A stretch of 63,994 nucleotides of DNA, filler included, from Streblomastix strix (lineage: Eukaryota), in the NCBI GenBank assembly GCA_008636045.1. It is 4 parts of 4 records of this genome, joined end to end, with 100 filler letters (N's around TTAATTAATTAA, not from the genome) between each part and the next. Parts side by side here need not be neighbours in the genome. Positions count along the whole stretch, not along the records: positions 32,522 to 48,675 come from SNRW01000867.1; positions 48,776 to 63,994 come from SNRW01001017.1; 2 more parts are not named here. One strand, written 5' to 3'. Position numbers and translations under genes: made by a program. Shown piece by piece: positions 39,940 to 53,234 of this stretch. Every line of letters starts with the position of its first letter. Positions within the stretch are counted from its first letter, which is position 1. The notes beneath the pieces are model-generated. The model did no database searches. It had not been told where the DNA came from and saw nothing but the letters and a program-made list of their open reading frames with translations.

Positions 39940-40339
39940 TAGTTATGCAAAATTTGCACTCTAAATAGTTAAATTGATGGGATAACTTATCTTTTAAGGC
40001 TTCAAAAACTCGTAAAAACTAAGATAAGGTACTGTTTTTAAATTGTTTTGACCCATTGTCCCTCACGAATTCGTATCACAGCATGGGGATCACGACTTTT
40101 CTACATTTCTCCCTTAAATTAACGTATCTGACCTAAAACGATAGAAAACTTGCGCTCATTTTGGATAAAACAATGGATAATAAAATGTTAAAATAATATA
40201 TGCCGCGAAACTTAAAAAAAATATAGGTCTAGTCAATTCAAAAACAGTTCTTTTCCTTTGTCTTAATACGTTTTTTAGGCCTTAAAGGATAAGCTAGCCC
40301 ATTAATTTTACTACTTAGAGCACAAGATTAGCAGTACTG
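39940..40339. mobile_element. 400-bp Tc1/pogo-type MITE with TA TSD
   Basis: ~100 bp TIRs (39940-40044 versus 40234-40339) with TA on both sides. Excision restores the reading frame EKISTTYEYLPILKR. Confidence 0.8.
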
Positions 40340-40789
40340 TACTACCTATGAATATTTACCAATTCTTAAAAGAGTATATTAGAAAGATTTGTAAGCAGTT
40401 ATTGCTTAAATATATACTGATAAAAATGAAGATATTTAAATATTACAAGATCTTGGATAAGTAATATAATTATATAGCGAACATCTAACGTATAGATATC
40501 AAGCCGTTAGTGCGTTTGACTTAGCTAAATACAAATTCTGAAACAATTAATGAAACAAATCAATTTATTTTTCATTTATCGACTATTTGTCGTATCTACT
40601 GACATTTTCAGTAGAACTCCTTTGACCCGGAGTACACAGAACACCCTGCACATTCAAAAGTCATTCACTTTTCACTTCAGTTATTCGAGTCTAATTAATG
40701 TTTATCAATAGAGCTCATAATTATGTCGTAAACTCCGCTTACGGCTGTTCTCAATTAATAAAATAATTTTTTATTTTTATTTTAAATAA

Positions 40790-43700
40790 ATAACAAATAA
40801 GTAAGGGTAACACTAGTAAAGAGGACGTTTGCTTCTGATTATTCCTCCGATTATGCCACCGATTCAAGCACTACCAGAGTTTTCATCACTTAATTATTCA
40901 TCTGGATAAGCTCTATAATAATTGAAGTAAATGTAGGACTATATTACATAGATGCATGGATGTAATTACTAGCCATCATTTCAATTATAAATAAAACAAG
41001 CTCTAGCAATTCAACTAAAACAACGGGTGGATTATCAATTGAATTTAAGGCATTAAAAATTAACACCAGGAATAAAATATAAATTATTGATTTTATATAA
41101 CTCTGAAATTTAATGGAAAATTAACATTACTAAGTTAAGATCTTAATTATCATTAATTTTAGATAAAATTGTTTTAGATAACAATAGATACAACAGAGAT
41201 ATAGTTAGAAATGCTATATTATAATCAAGACCATTTGCATAATGAATCATGTAAGATATTTAAATAAACTTTCAAATTGAAAAAGTTACTGGTAAAGTTT
41301 TTGCTTGATAATCTGTGCAAGAATAAAATAATTCATAGAATATGAGCGTTTATGACGAATAGAGTAAACAGCATAATAAATAAGTTGATAAAATTATGGA
41401 AGATTTACTTGAAAGGCATTCAAAATTATTAAAAGAAATAAAAGAATATAAAATAAATCAAAGTTTTAATGACGAATTCAAAAATGTTAAAGTTGAAAAG
41501 TAGAATTAATTGATGAATAGAATGATAAAAATTATAAGCCAATTAATACCCAATATTATCATATAGTAATAAATAAATTTTGAAAAGTGATTATTACACA
41601 AAATTTATTTTATTGAAATTTTTGCTTTAAGCTAATAATTGAAAAATGCCTTATTTTCAAGTTTTTAAGAAGTGGTTAGTTTTAATTGTTTATACATTGG
41701 TTAGAATATATGTTGTATATATATAATATATATATAGTCAATATTTCAAACATATTCATATTCATAAAGTTACGATTAGGATTTTAGATTTTAAATCGAT
41801 ATTGTATTTAATAATTAATTTTAAGTATATAAATATCTATCCATTCAAATCCATTATCTCTTGCTTTCTTCTACTATATATATTATATATACATTTACAT
41901 TTATTTCCATACCTTTGTTGGCCATTGGTTAGAAAAGTTCCTCGGGGGGACTTTTTCCGAAATCGAAATAAAATTAACATTTTCAATATAATCCATTTTA
42001 TGTTCATACAATTAGTCCAACAAAAGAGTTTTACAAAAATGATTTAAGAACAATTGACTATGTCGATGCATATTTGCATGAAATATATTGGCGTGAATAA
42101 AAATTTGTATTCAAAAATGTATTTAATTTTGGAGTAATTTTTGAACGAGTCGGCGGCTAAGAAAACTAATAATAAATAATTTATAAAATTAATCATCCAT
42201 TAGAAGCTAGAACTGAGATGAGAGCACCGACAACTATATGCACCCACTTCGATTTTGTGGAATATAAAAAATTCATTAGAAATCACATTATTCAAATATA
42301 AGATAGAACCAATACGGATACCAAAGAGAAAATAATAGGTATTTTTTCAATAATAATTCAAGCATTTCGTCTTCCACACGCAGGAGCAGGTAGTAAAATG
42401 AAAACTTTATTAAGGAAGCACATAATGAGGCGTGAGATTCTATATATTGACACTGAAAAAAATAATCAAAATTTATGTTTCTTTCTTGCATATTCATTTA
42501 TTACAATGCCATATTTCAAATATAATAAAAAATAAAAAGTTATGGCTAAGAAATATAAGGAACATTCACGAATGGAAGAACATAAACGAATGTTTAAAGA
42601 ATCTATGGAAAGAAAATTAATGTTAATTAATAAAGGTTTAATTTTGCAATAGATGCAGAATAAATTTATTTATAACGAAAATTTAAATACTAATGTTTTA
42701 GCTTACGATGCATCAATGGAAACTTCAACAGAAACATCAGCCAATTCAATAGCTAATCCATTAATCAATTCTTATAGTTATTATTTATAAAAGCAGTACA
42801 GAAGAAGTGAATAGAACAAATAAACTAAAAAATTTAATATTCTTTTAATTACTGAGTCAATTAACGAACTACAAACAACTCACGTTTTTTATATAAACGA
42901 TATTGAGGCACTAACTGGTTTAAAATATTATCCTATCTGTGGTATGCTGGCTTAAATGACTAGAGACACAAATTTATAATCAAAATTAAAAAGACACATA
43001 TAAAAATATAAAAAAAAGGAAGAAAAATTGTAAAGAAAGTATATTTAGAAAAGTTTCCAAGACCTTACATTCCTCATTTATTGAATAATGTTAGCTTCAA
43101 GTATCTTTTGGCACATGATCGAGAAGAAGAATTCAAACCAAGTAAATATTATATAACATATGATATTGAAACAATATAAAGAATCATTAATGAATAATTC
43201 TATGAAAATTCAAAACAAATTTCAATTCTTGAACCTTTATCAACAGCAAGTACAATAAAAATAAAAAAATAGTCCGTGGATTACATTTATTCTATTTGTT
43301 TTGACATAAGAACCTCTAACTTCATTAATGTATGGATTAAGTAATTGTTTAAGGAAGCCAGAAAAGCCACTAATTCAAGCAAATACGAAGATGAAACCAT
43401 ACCATAGCATTACGAGGTACCAGTAATTGGGTTCAATTCTTCAAAATTCGATGTTGCATTGATTCTTAAAAATTTATAGAGCGATGAATGGTAAATCATT
43501 AAATATCTTGATAGTGGTTCAACCGCTAAATAAATCATTGTTGAACGTAAAAAAATGTGGAACTAAATAAAAGCTTATTAATGCGATGATTTATTGTACA
43601 AAAATGAAGTTAAAATAATTCATAAAAGATTTTACGCCCAATTAAACAGATAGCTAATAGAACCTTTAATTATCATCACCAGTGAAGTTAAAATTTTTAT

Positions 43701-45947
43701 ATAAACTTATTAGTTACGATAACTTTATTGAAATAATGAAAAACTCATAGCAATTTCAGTTTAAAGTGTTTAGAAATACAATTTAAAAAATAAAAATTTA
43801 AGTGAAGAGAAATATTTAAATTATTTGGCTATTACTTAGCACTATTCGAGCATGTGGGATTACCTTCGACACAATAATCTCGAAGATACTCGCATAATGA
43901 TTCAGCTTTTGGATTACTTAATTAATATGTTCTTCAATTATAAAATTGACATGATGCAGTTTATGTCGATATCTGCATGTGTCAAAGCCATCAAATATGC
44001 TCTTGTTTATTGCGACTTTAAATAGGATTAAGATTAAACTCCAAAAGACGATTACGTATCATTTGTGTTTACATAAAATTATGGGAGCATTATACTTTAA
44101 AATTATCTAGAATAAGATAAAAGAAGAAATAGGGACACAAGCAACAATATCAAAGAATAGGATTGTGCGTTTTATAGAAGATAATTTCTATCGACAGGAT
44201 GTCAAATATATAAAGCATGATTTACAAGCAAAATTCCTCCAGCATTAGATAAAATCAACAACGACAGGGGCCATTCTGCGGATAACGTCAAACCTTGCTG
44301 CTTATTCTGCAATAAATTTAAGTCTAATATAGACGAAAATTTAACAAGATTAGTAATATAATTAAAAAAATTTTGTCTGTTGAAATCGCCACTTATGACA
44401 ATAACTTACGAAGAAGTTTATTAAATTTTACGTTCTGGTATAACTGGAGGATTATCGCAAGTCATGCATCGCTATAATGTAGCAGGTGAAACTAAAATAA
44501 ATTAATTAAAATTTATTAATGGAAAGGTCATCAGCTAAGATACAGACGATATAATGACTTATCTTTTAACACTTGATTTCAATTATTAAAATCCATCAAT
44601 TATGTGCTCAAACCAACATAAGTTCAATTAATATGCAGGTAACCGTATATACATGGCAGGATAAATATTGGACAAAATTTCTTATAAATAAACAGCTAGT
44701 AATTTAATTTATAATCCAAATCGATTTAATGACGTTGAATGAAAGCCACTTTTTATCGCTGTTGTTAAAGGACACATCGACGAATAACATATAAATAATT
44801 TCATTAATTTTCTTCCGATATTGAGAAACATTACTATTAAGACTGATGAAAAAACATTAGGTTCAAATATGTATAATCTACTCCTGAAAAATAATATGTA
44901 GCATGATAAAATTGAACGAAAATTAACAAAATTATCATCGATACATAGAAAGTTCAACTCATTTAATAATTATTTTTGTGACTTCTCATTGAAGATTTTC
45001 ATTTCATTATTGACGATATTTAATGTGTTATGACGTTCTCTAAACACGACAAATTCAATCCATTTGTTAAAGAATTTATGAATCGGCGAATATAAGCAAT
45101 TAATGAAAAAAATGATGGAAAATATCAATTCGATAAATTTGCTATGAATTCAAGTTATGGAAGTGATTGAATAAATTAAGAAAAATACGCTCAAACAAAA
45201 TTATTAAGCTCTAATAGGACGTGGTTGTCTCATCTCTAAGGTTCATTCATTAATGACTAATAAATATCAAATAATTTATTTGCTGTGTTATTTAATGCTG
45301 AGAGCAGCAACTGTAACACCTGCCTCCATTCCGCATATTTCGTGTTAGATAGCAACAAATATTGGTACATTAATTTTATCTACAATTTTACAGCTAAAAC
45401 TTTCGATATGAGCAAGATAAACCATATATGTGGAGATACTGATTCGATGACATGGGCCATCAGCGGGAACCCTGATGCAGAAGAAGGATATAGATTGAAG
45501 TTTTAGTGCGTCATAAAAGATTAGTAATTCTTCTCTGAAAATTGTTCATTATTCTTCAGTCAACAAAAACAATAATTGGGAGTCAATTAAGAAGTAGAAG
45601 GAGCTGCATGCATTGCTTTTGCCACAAAAATTCATTACCTTTATAACTCAAATCCAAATGAAAATGAAAAAAGCTATAATTATTGTTTGAAAGAAATAAT
45701 TAAAAAATAATATGTTCATTTAAGTGAAGAGGCATTCAAATAATCTTTAATTGGAGAATTTATTTATACACAAAATATTATCCTCGGTTAAAGAAATAAA
45801 TAAATATCAAAATTCTAAATAAATAAAGTACGTTTAACATCAACTCATAATAAAATAGTTACTCTTGAAAATTAATGTTGTACTCCATTATTTTACATTA
45901 ACTATTAAAAATTGAATTCAAACAATTATATAATTGAGTACTAATGA
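40790..45947 (+). pseudogene. Protein-primed DNA polymerase B (family B) with N-terminal TP/vOTU region
   Basis: TYDIET, GFNSSKFD, LDFN, AMNSSYG and CGDTDS motifs. Frameshifts and a ~400 bp insertion at ~41540-41960. 5' boundary inferred from contig 4. Confidence 0.88.
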
Positions 45948-45962
45948 TACGCACTAATTTAA

Positions 45963-46420
45963 AATGAATAACTGAAGTAGTTACTAAATGATTAGCGAGT
46001 ATATAGGATGCACAGTCGTAATAGCAAAATTAACTTATTCTAAAAATTAAGCCACAATAAGATAATGAAACAATATGACAAGTGATAGCATACATCAGCG
46101 ATTTGAACATAAATTGTTTTATTTTTACAAGAAATAAAAGTAAAATGAAAATAGTTTATATGGGGATATACTTTAGACATTCGCTGGTGCTGGCTATCAA
46201 AAAAATGAATATGAATTTGAAGTTCAACAAGATATAGATGATAGCGCATATGGAGTTTAATATATAGTGAATCTATCAGAGTTTATAAAAAACATCTTAA
46301 AAATTGCAAATAAAAAAAAATTGATATTATAATAGAAAAAGCTGATCAAATAATTATTAGAAAAGAACAATGGCTGATTGGAACTATTATATTTCAGTTT
46401 AGTCTTAATATCAACCAATA
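45963..46420 (+). pseudogene. Hypothetical viral protein between pPolB and integrase
   Basis: FEHKLF...LAG...EYEFEVQQDIDD; homologue at 52780-53230 on the minus strand. Confidence 0.5.
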
Positions 46421-46450
46421 AAATAAAAAAATAAACATAAAATTAAGCAA

Positions 46451-47563
46451 ATGGAAAAAGATGTATAAAATGCAGTTCAATCATCAAGTTCATTATCTTC
46501 ATCCAGTTCATCCAGTTCATCATCCTGCTCACAAACGGATTATTTAGAAGATTCAGAAGATGTTCCTTATTTTCTCTTCAAAACAAAATTATAATTGTAT
46601 GAAAAAATAAATAAATATAAATACACTAACATTCAATACTTACACATGAAAGATTATAAATTAAAACCATTATAAAAACTACAATGACCATATTTCTCTA
46701 CAAAGTTGGGCAGTTGGGAAACAGATATAATCTTTTCTGTTGATTAAAATTTGTAGGAAAACAATGATGAATATGATGCTATCTTTGAACAAAATGAAAT
46801 ATTAATTGAAAGAGAAAAAAGAACAAAAAAATTTGTATCTATATTATATAAACATTAATACAAAATATTTAGTAATATATCCTTTGATAGATAAATCAGC
46901 AGCATAAGTAGTTGGATAATTGCAAAAATTAATAAAAAATTATTATATAAATAATATTCGTGATGATGGAGAGAAAGAATTTAATGGTTCGTATTTTGCT
47001 TTATTTTGCTCAAAGAATAAAATTAATTGTTATTTCACTGATTCAAAATTCACTAATCATAATAGAGTAGTCGATTCAGTTATTCGAACAATAAGGAATG
47101 CGTTTGATTATAAATTTAATAATTTTTCCATAAATTAAAAAATAAAAGTAATCGTAGATATTTGCAATAATACACCACATCTTGCGTTTCGAAATAAGTA
47201 TAGCCCATATTAAGTTCAATTATCAAGAGATTTAGAAGGACAACATATACGTTCATAAATGAAGATAATGGAGCGATAATTAGCAAGGTAGTAATAAGAG
47301 GGAATATTATTATTTAAACCTGGAAATATAATTTTTATACTACTTGATGTCTAAAAAACATAAAAAAATTTATAAAATAAAGAAAAAATTTCAATTAATT
47401 AGCAAAATTCATAAGATATGTAAACGATAATGTTTTGTACAGATTATTGAATCGTTCCATAAAAATAAAAATATTAAAATTACCCTCATATTATTTTAAA
47501 AATGCATGTGAAAATAAGGAATCACTTCCAGAATATTACGCATAATAGTTTTAAATTAGATGA
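46451..47563 (+). pseudogene. rve integrase (family B)
   Basis: GSWETDII, NINTKYL, IRDDGE-x-NRVVDSVIRTIRNAF, NNTPH. Confidence 0.88.
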
Positions 47564-47606
47564 CTAACATTATTTACTTTAATTTTCACTTTATATTTTA
47601 ATTGAA

Positions 47607-47885
47607 ATGTCAAATAACTAAGCAATCAATGAATCAAAACAAACAAATCCTTCAGGCAAATATTGAAAACTAAATAAATACATGGATAAAGAAACAGCAA
47701 CGATTGCTGCTAGAAAACAACTCAAAAATGCTAGAATCAGATATAAATAAAATAAAACTGATTATGCTTCTAAAGTTAATGACACACAAATATTTATAAT
47801 CGAACAACATAAAAAATTCATCGTAAAAACTAATGATTTGATAAAAATTAATGAAATCATAAGTATTTCCTATCTTTTGTCCTAA
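47607..47885 (+). pseudogene. Basic helical protein downstream of integrase
   Basis: KYMDKETATIAARKQLKNARIRY; homologue at 51255-51590. Confidence 0.5.
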
Positions 47886-47916
47886 TGTCTTATTGCTGCT
47901 TAATTTTCAAAATAAG

Positions 47917-48675
47917 TTAATGTGTCCTCAGAGTGGGGACACTTAGGGTTTTCAAAAGTTATTCATCATCAATTACATTTTCTTGCATCATTTAAGTAAG
48001 TTTATTAATGTTTTACAGTAATGAATCATTAAATTGGTGATTACATCAAAAAATTTTAGGTTTCAAAATGTAATTTCATTTCATGTTAATCTAATAATAA
48101 AAACCGTTAATATGCACTAGTAGCTGTAGAAACAAGGAGAGTGCCATAGATGCGAAGATTACTTTCTTAAATTCATTTCATTAATAATTCGCAATATTAT
48201 CTTCAATAATAATATTCAATCATGTAATTCATTAACATATTTCATCTGTTCATCATGTTTCGCATAATTGATTCACAGATCTGATCTATTATAATTTATT
48301 ATTATATATTAATTCCATGATATAATTATCATTATTTATAAAAATCATTCTATATTCGGCACTTTCCTTATTTCTATAACTACTAATATTATATAATCAA
48401 ACGAATTCCTTCAGCAACTCTATTTGAGAATTTGCATCGCTTAAGGTTATCTGTCTTCAGTAAGAATGATAAAGCATCAAAGAAGCTGATATGTTAATAC
48501 AGTGAATCAAAATAATGAATTTCCCAACATTTAATAAATTTCTATTACTCAGATATTGCTTTGCATCCAAGTAAAATACGACATGGCACAACAATCATTG
48601 AGAAAACAGCTATTAAGTGATGTTTTATTGATTCTTCTGCTCGTTCATAATTATTAATAACAATTGTTCCAATGT
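47917..48675 (-). repeat. Right terminal inverted repeat
   Basis: Reverse complement of 32522-33281. Confidence 0.93.
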
Positions 48676-48775
48676 NNNNNNNNNNNNNNNNNNNNNNNNN
48701 NNNNNNNNNNNNNNNNNNNTTAATTAATTAANNNNNNNNNNNNNNNNNNNNNNNNNNNNNNNNNNNNNNNNNNNN
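48676..48775. other. Artificial contig linker
   Basis: N-TTAATTAATTAA-N. Confidence 0.98.
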
Positions 48776-48832
48776 TTTTAATTTACTACATAACTTACAT
48801 ATATACATATATTATATATAATATCATACTTG

Positions 48833-49400
48833 ATGGCTGTTCCAGAAAGTGCTCGCCGTCTACTTTTTCCCATACCCATAGTTACTAGAGGAAAAAGCAA
48901 GTGAAAAAACAAGTGAATAATTAAGTGAGTAACGTGATAAAAATACTATTAAATCATCTATAAATAAATTCTTGATTAATCATTATTCATATTAGGATAA
49001 TAAAAATAATAAATCAACATCAGAAGTTGAAATTAAATATATTTGGAGGGCTTTATTCGAAAGTGAATTAGGTTAAATGTTAGAAGCAACTTATGATGCA
49101 CTATGTGAATATAATGAAATTGAGTCAGGTATTAATCACAATAAATGCTAGGAACTTCGTGAGGCTTATTTATTGGATGTGACAAATGAATAATAAAAAG
49201 ATTTGAATAATGTAATAGCTTTTATTGATTAAAGTTTGCTTAGAAATTATATTCGAAATATCTATAGTTTGGTTAATGTAATGATATAAAATTAAACTAT
49301 TCAAAATAGTAAACTTAAGATGTAAGATCATGATAAATTTGTGGAATAACTAAGAAAATAAAATGAAATACCTTAAAAATCACCAGATTAAATTATATAA
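48833..49400 (+). pseudogene. Hypothetical (probably element-derived) protein remnant
   Basis: Coding-like stretch IKYIWRAFIRSELGQMLEATYDALCEYNEIESG under code 6; frameshifted. Confidence 0.4.
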
Positions 49401-49880
49401 CTCTTATTCGGAGTTTCTTTTCGATTAGCTAATTAATAATCACATTTTCTACGTTATGATTGATTTATTTTTGAAGCTTATGATATTTATTTATTAGTAA
49501 TTTATTCGTATCAATTCGTGTGCATAATGGTAAAAATTTGTTATAATCATTGATATTAAGCATTAATTTTCCATAAGTTTCCATTTTCAAATAATTGTAT
49601 AGATTCCCAGTATTCTGAACAAATTGTTTATATAATGATAAAAATATGCTAGAATCGTTGATAAATAGGGTTAGTTGTCTAGAATGACCATTTTGGCTAG
49701 AATCGTGGAGGATTGATCTCAAATCATCGCGAAAAAGTTAAGGTACTGGAAAACAATCACCGTATAGTAGTACCAATGATAACGAATAATCATCATAATT
49801 GCCATTAAAGACAATCATTTTTTCGATTAATTGTTTTATTACAATCAACACACTTTTTCTCAACTTTTCCTTCACTTTTG
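49400..49880 (-). pseudogene. Hypothetical protein remnant convergent with the previous ORF
   Basis: MIVFNGNYDDYSLSLVLLYGDCFPVPQLFRDDLRSILHDSS...; boundaries uncertain. Confidence 0.4.
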
Positions 49881-51254
49881 ATAAAAAAAAATTATTTTGC
49901 AATAAATTATTTTAAAAAAAATGAGTACCATTTCTAGTACAAACATACGAGAAAAGTGAAAACACACCAATTTTTTATATCTTCAGTGCAGACATAACAT
50001 TTATTTATATCATCAATTCACATCATCAATTTGTAAAATCAACCCTCGACCTCCGCCTCAAACATGATTAGTGAAATCACGCAATTTTTTCAAAGTTCGA
50101 CACAAGTAATTATGTGAATATGACTATTGCCACATATCAAAGAAATTAAATAAATAAATATGCAAATAAATTATGTTATTTAAATAATGAAAATAATTAA
50201 TTAATTGTTTTATCTGATATTGGTTAATGTCAGACATAATATTCATATGTGTTTGATTAATGAATGACACGATTGTTAGAGATTAATGTCTTGGATTAGT
50301 GATGTATGTAAATGATATTCATTATTGAATTATATTCTTTGAACATATGGCACTCATCATATTCACATAACTACATAAGTATGTTAATTAGGTAGATTGA
50401 TGGATTAATTGATGAATTTGGTTAATGAACTTAGATAAATGGAATTATATTTGGAAGTCTAAAATTATTGGCGAAATCATAGAATAAAACATGAATTATT
50501 GAACATTTAATGAGTTAGTACATGGCATTAGTAAGAATTATAATGTAGCCTTGGACGTAAGCGTTGGTTCCACTTCAAATTACTATAGAAAATAGCTGCC
50601 AATGTGCCACTGTGCCAATAAAAATATAAACTGTTTGCTTCAAACTTTGATTTATTCGCTGTTCTCATTGCCATTTTTTCTCTGATTCGTTGAATAATTA
50701 ATATATCCAATCAGGTTCAGTTCCATAAAATAAATTTTTTTTTTCTTATAGTTTTTATGTAATTTAGTATTAATTAATTTTTGCTTACATTTGGAAGATA
50801 ATATTTTAATACTTCATCACATTTAATACTTTATTTTAATTATAATTGATGTTGTTAAAACCATTCTTCTAAAATTTAATTTTATTCCTCTATACTTAAT
50901 TCTGATTTAGTTACATTTTTTTCTTTATTTTTGTTGAATAAATAATTAATAATTGTATCGCACATCTAATTAATATTTCCTTCTTAATATGACCCAATAC
51001 TAATGTCTTATACGAATTTTTATTTGAATATTTCTTGTAAATATTTTTCAGATAAATTTTTATTAAATGTTGGCAATTATAATTTAATTTAATGTTTTCT
51101 TAAAATGTATCGGCTGCATGACACATTAAATTTATAAATTGATTAATCATTAACAATGAATTCTTTTTCATGTATTAAATAAATAGACCCATTGTTTATT
51201 TCAATACCTGCCATTTATTATGCGTTAAAATAATAAAATAATTAAAATAAATAT

Positions 51255-51590
51255 AATTAATTTTTCAAACGTTAATTGAATCATTAGCATCTTCATTAAT
51301 GTCTTGGTCTTTGTCATATTTTTCAATCAACTCATTTATTGCTATCAAATCATTTAAGTTCAAGATTAATTTTTTTAAGTTTTTTGATTATCAATAATTG
51401 CATATCATTAACTTTAGAAGCATAATTTGATTAATTTCATTTGTATCTAATTTTTGCATTTTTGCTTTGCTCTCTAGCCGCAATCGTTGCCTATTCTTTA
51501 TCGATATATTTTTTTAGTCCTTCTTATTTAGTTGAATTTAATGAATCCGTTTGTGCCGACTCAGTTTGTGTTGTTTCATTTATTGTATGA
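51255..51590 (-). pseudogene. Basic helical protein downstream of integrase
   Basis: KKYIDKEQATIAAREAKQKCK...; homologous to 47607-47885. Confidence 0.5.
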
Positions 51591-51651
51591 TTATCTGTTA
51601 TTTTAATTAAAATAAAATAATAAAAATTAAATAATAATTATAACTTTTGTT

Positions 51652-52752
51652 TCATCTAAATTAAAACTCTGTAATTTAATATTTTGGAATAGATTCTTTA
51701 TTTTCACATACTTATTTACAATAAAATGAAGATATTTTAATATATTTATTATATTTGAATGATTCAATTATTGGCATAAAACATTACCATTTACATATGT
51801 AATAAACTCCATTAATTAATTTAAATTTTTCTTTTATTTCATAAATTTTTATTACGTTTTTTAGAAATCAAGATGTATTAGAATTATATTTCTAGCCTTA
51901 AATGATAATATTCCCTGTTTTCATTATCTTTCTAATTATCGTTCTAATTGCTTCATTTATGAACGAATATACTATTTTTCTAATCTCTTGATAATTGAAC
52001 TTAGTATGGACTATTTTTATTTTGAAACGCTAGACGTGGAGTATTATTGTATATATTAATTACTATTTATATTTATTAATTCGTTGAAAATTAATTAAAT
52101 TTATAACCAAAAGCATTCCTTATTGTATAAATGACTGAATCAACAATTCAATTGTGATTAGTAAATTTTGAATCAGTGAAGTAACCATTAATTTTATTCA
52201 ATAACTAAATTAAAGCAAAATAAGAACTATTAAATCCTTTCTCTCCATCACCGCGAATATTATTTACGTAATAATTTTTTTTATTAATTTTTACAATTAT
52301 CCGATTACTTATACAGCTGATTTATCTATCAAAGGATATACCACTAAATATTTCGTATTAATTTTTATACAAAATAGATAAATACCTGTTTTTCTACTTT
52401 GGTGTCATTTTTGTTGTCTTATTTCATTTTTTTCAAAGGTTGCAACGTCATACTCATCATTATTTTCCTGCAAGGCTTAATCGACAGAAATGACAATATA
52501 TATTTCCCAACTGCCCAACATTAGAGAGAAATTCGGTTGTTGTAGTTTTTGTAATGGTTTTAATTTATAATTTCAAACAGGTAAGCATTGACTATTAGCA
52601 TTTTTTTATTTATTGATTTTTTCAAACAATTTTTATTTTATTTTGAATGAAAAATAGACTATATTTTTCATGTCTCCACCTTAAACGGATTTGGTTTAGT
52701 CTTTGGATCGATTCGCAGAATCTGAACTGGATTATTGAATATCTTTATCCAA
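51652..52752 (-). pseudogene. rve integrase (family B)
   Basis: GSWEIYI (first catalytic D mutated), INTKYL, IRGDGE, IVDSVI, YNNTP. Confidence 0.85.
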
Positions 52753-53234
52753 TTGTTTATTTTTTTTATTTATTCTTTTATTTTGTTGGTTCGTATTACG
52801 ATTAAACTGATCTATTATAATAGTTCCAATCAACTACTGTTCATTTTCTAATTATTATCTCATCAGCTTTTTCTAACATAACATAAAAATGTTTTTTATT
52901 TGTAATTTTAAAGATATTTTTTATAAACTCTCGTAGATTCAATTTGTATTAAACTTTAAATGCTTTATCATCGATATCTTATTACACTTCAAATTCATAT
53001 TCATCTTTTAATATAATTCACCAGCAATAATCCTAAGTATATCCACTTATAATCAATTTTCATTTTACACTAATTTGTTTCAAAATCAAAAACAATTTAT
53101 GTTCAAATTAATAATGAAATCAATCTAATTTTTATCAATTGGCACATTGGCTCATTGCAGGTATTTTCTATAATAATTTTAAATAGCCTCGAGGCCACTG
53201 TCCAAGGCCACATTCAAACTTAATAAACTTTCAA

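Larger units (their letters stand above)
36480..40540 (+). pseudogene. Hypothetical viral gene split by a ~2.6 kb insertion and a MITE
   Basis: The 5' part (to ~37290) and the 3' part (~39925-40540) both match the uninterrupted minus-strand gene at 58399-59496. Confidence 0.6.
32522..48675. mobile_element. TIR-bounded Polinton/Maverick-like element, family B (decayed, with nested insertions)
   Basis: Whole contig bounded by long inverted repeats. Encodes KilA-N, ATPase, pPolB, integrase and a basic protein. Gene order is collinear with contig 4 in reverse. Confidence 0.9.

Noticed and set aside
44730..45170. TGA codons in viral pPolB as evidence for recoding
   Set aside because: They align with TAA (Gln) and GGA (Gly) in the paralogue, and the genes also have frameshifts, so decay explains them.
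32522..48675. Contig 3 as a free, active linear virus genome
   Set aside because: Diverged TIRs, frameshifted core genes and host MITE insertions indicate an integrated relic. The symmetrical ends more likely reflect assembly breaks in repeats.
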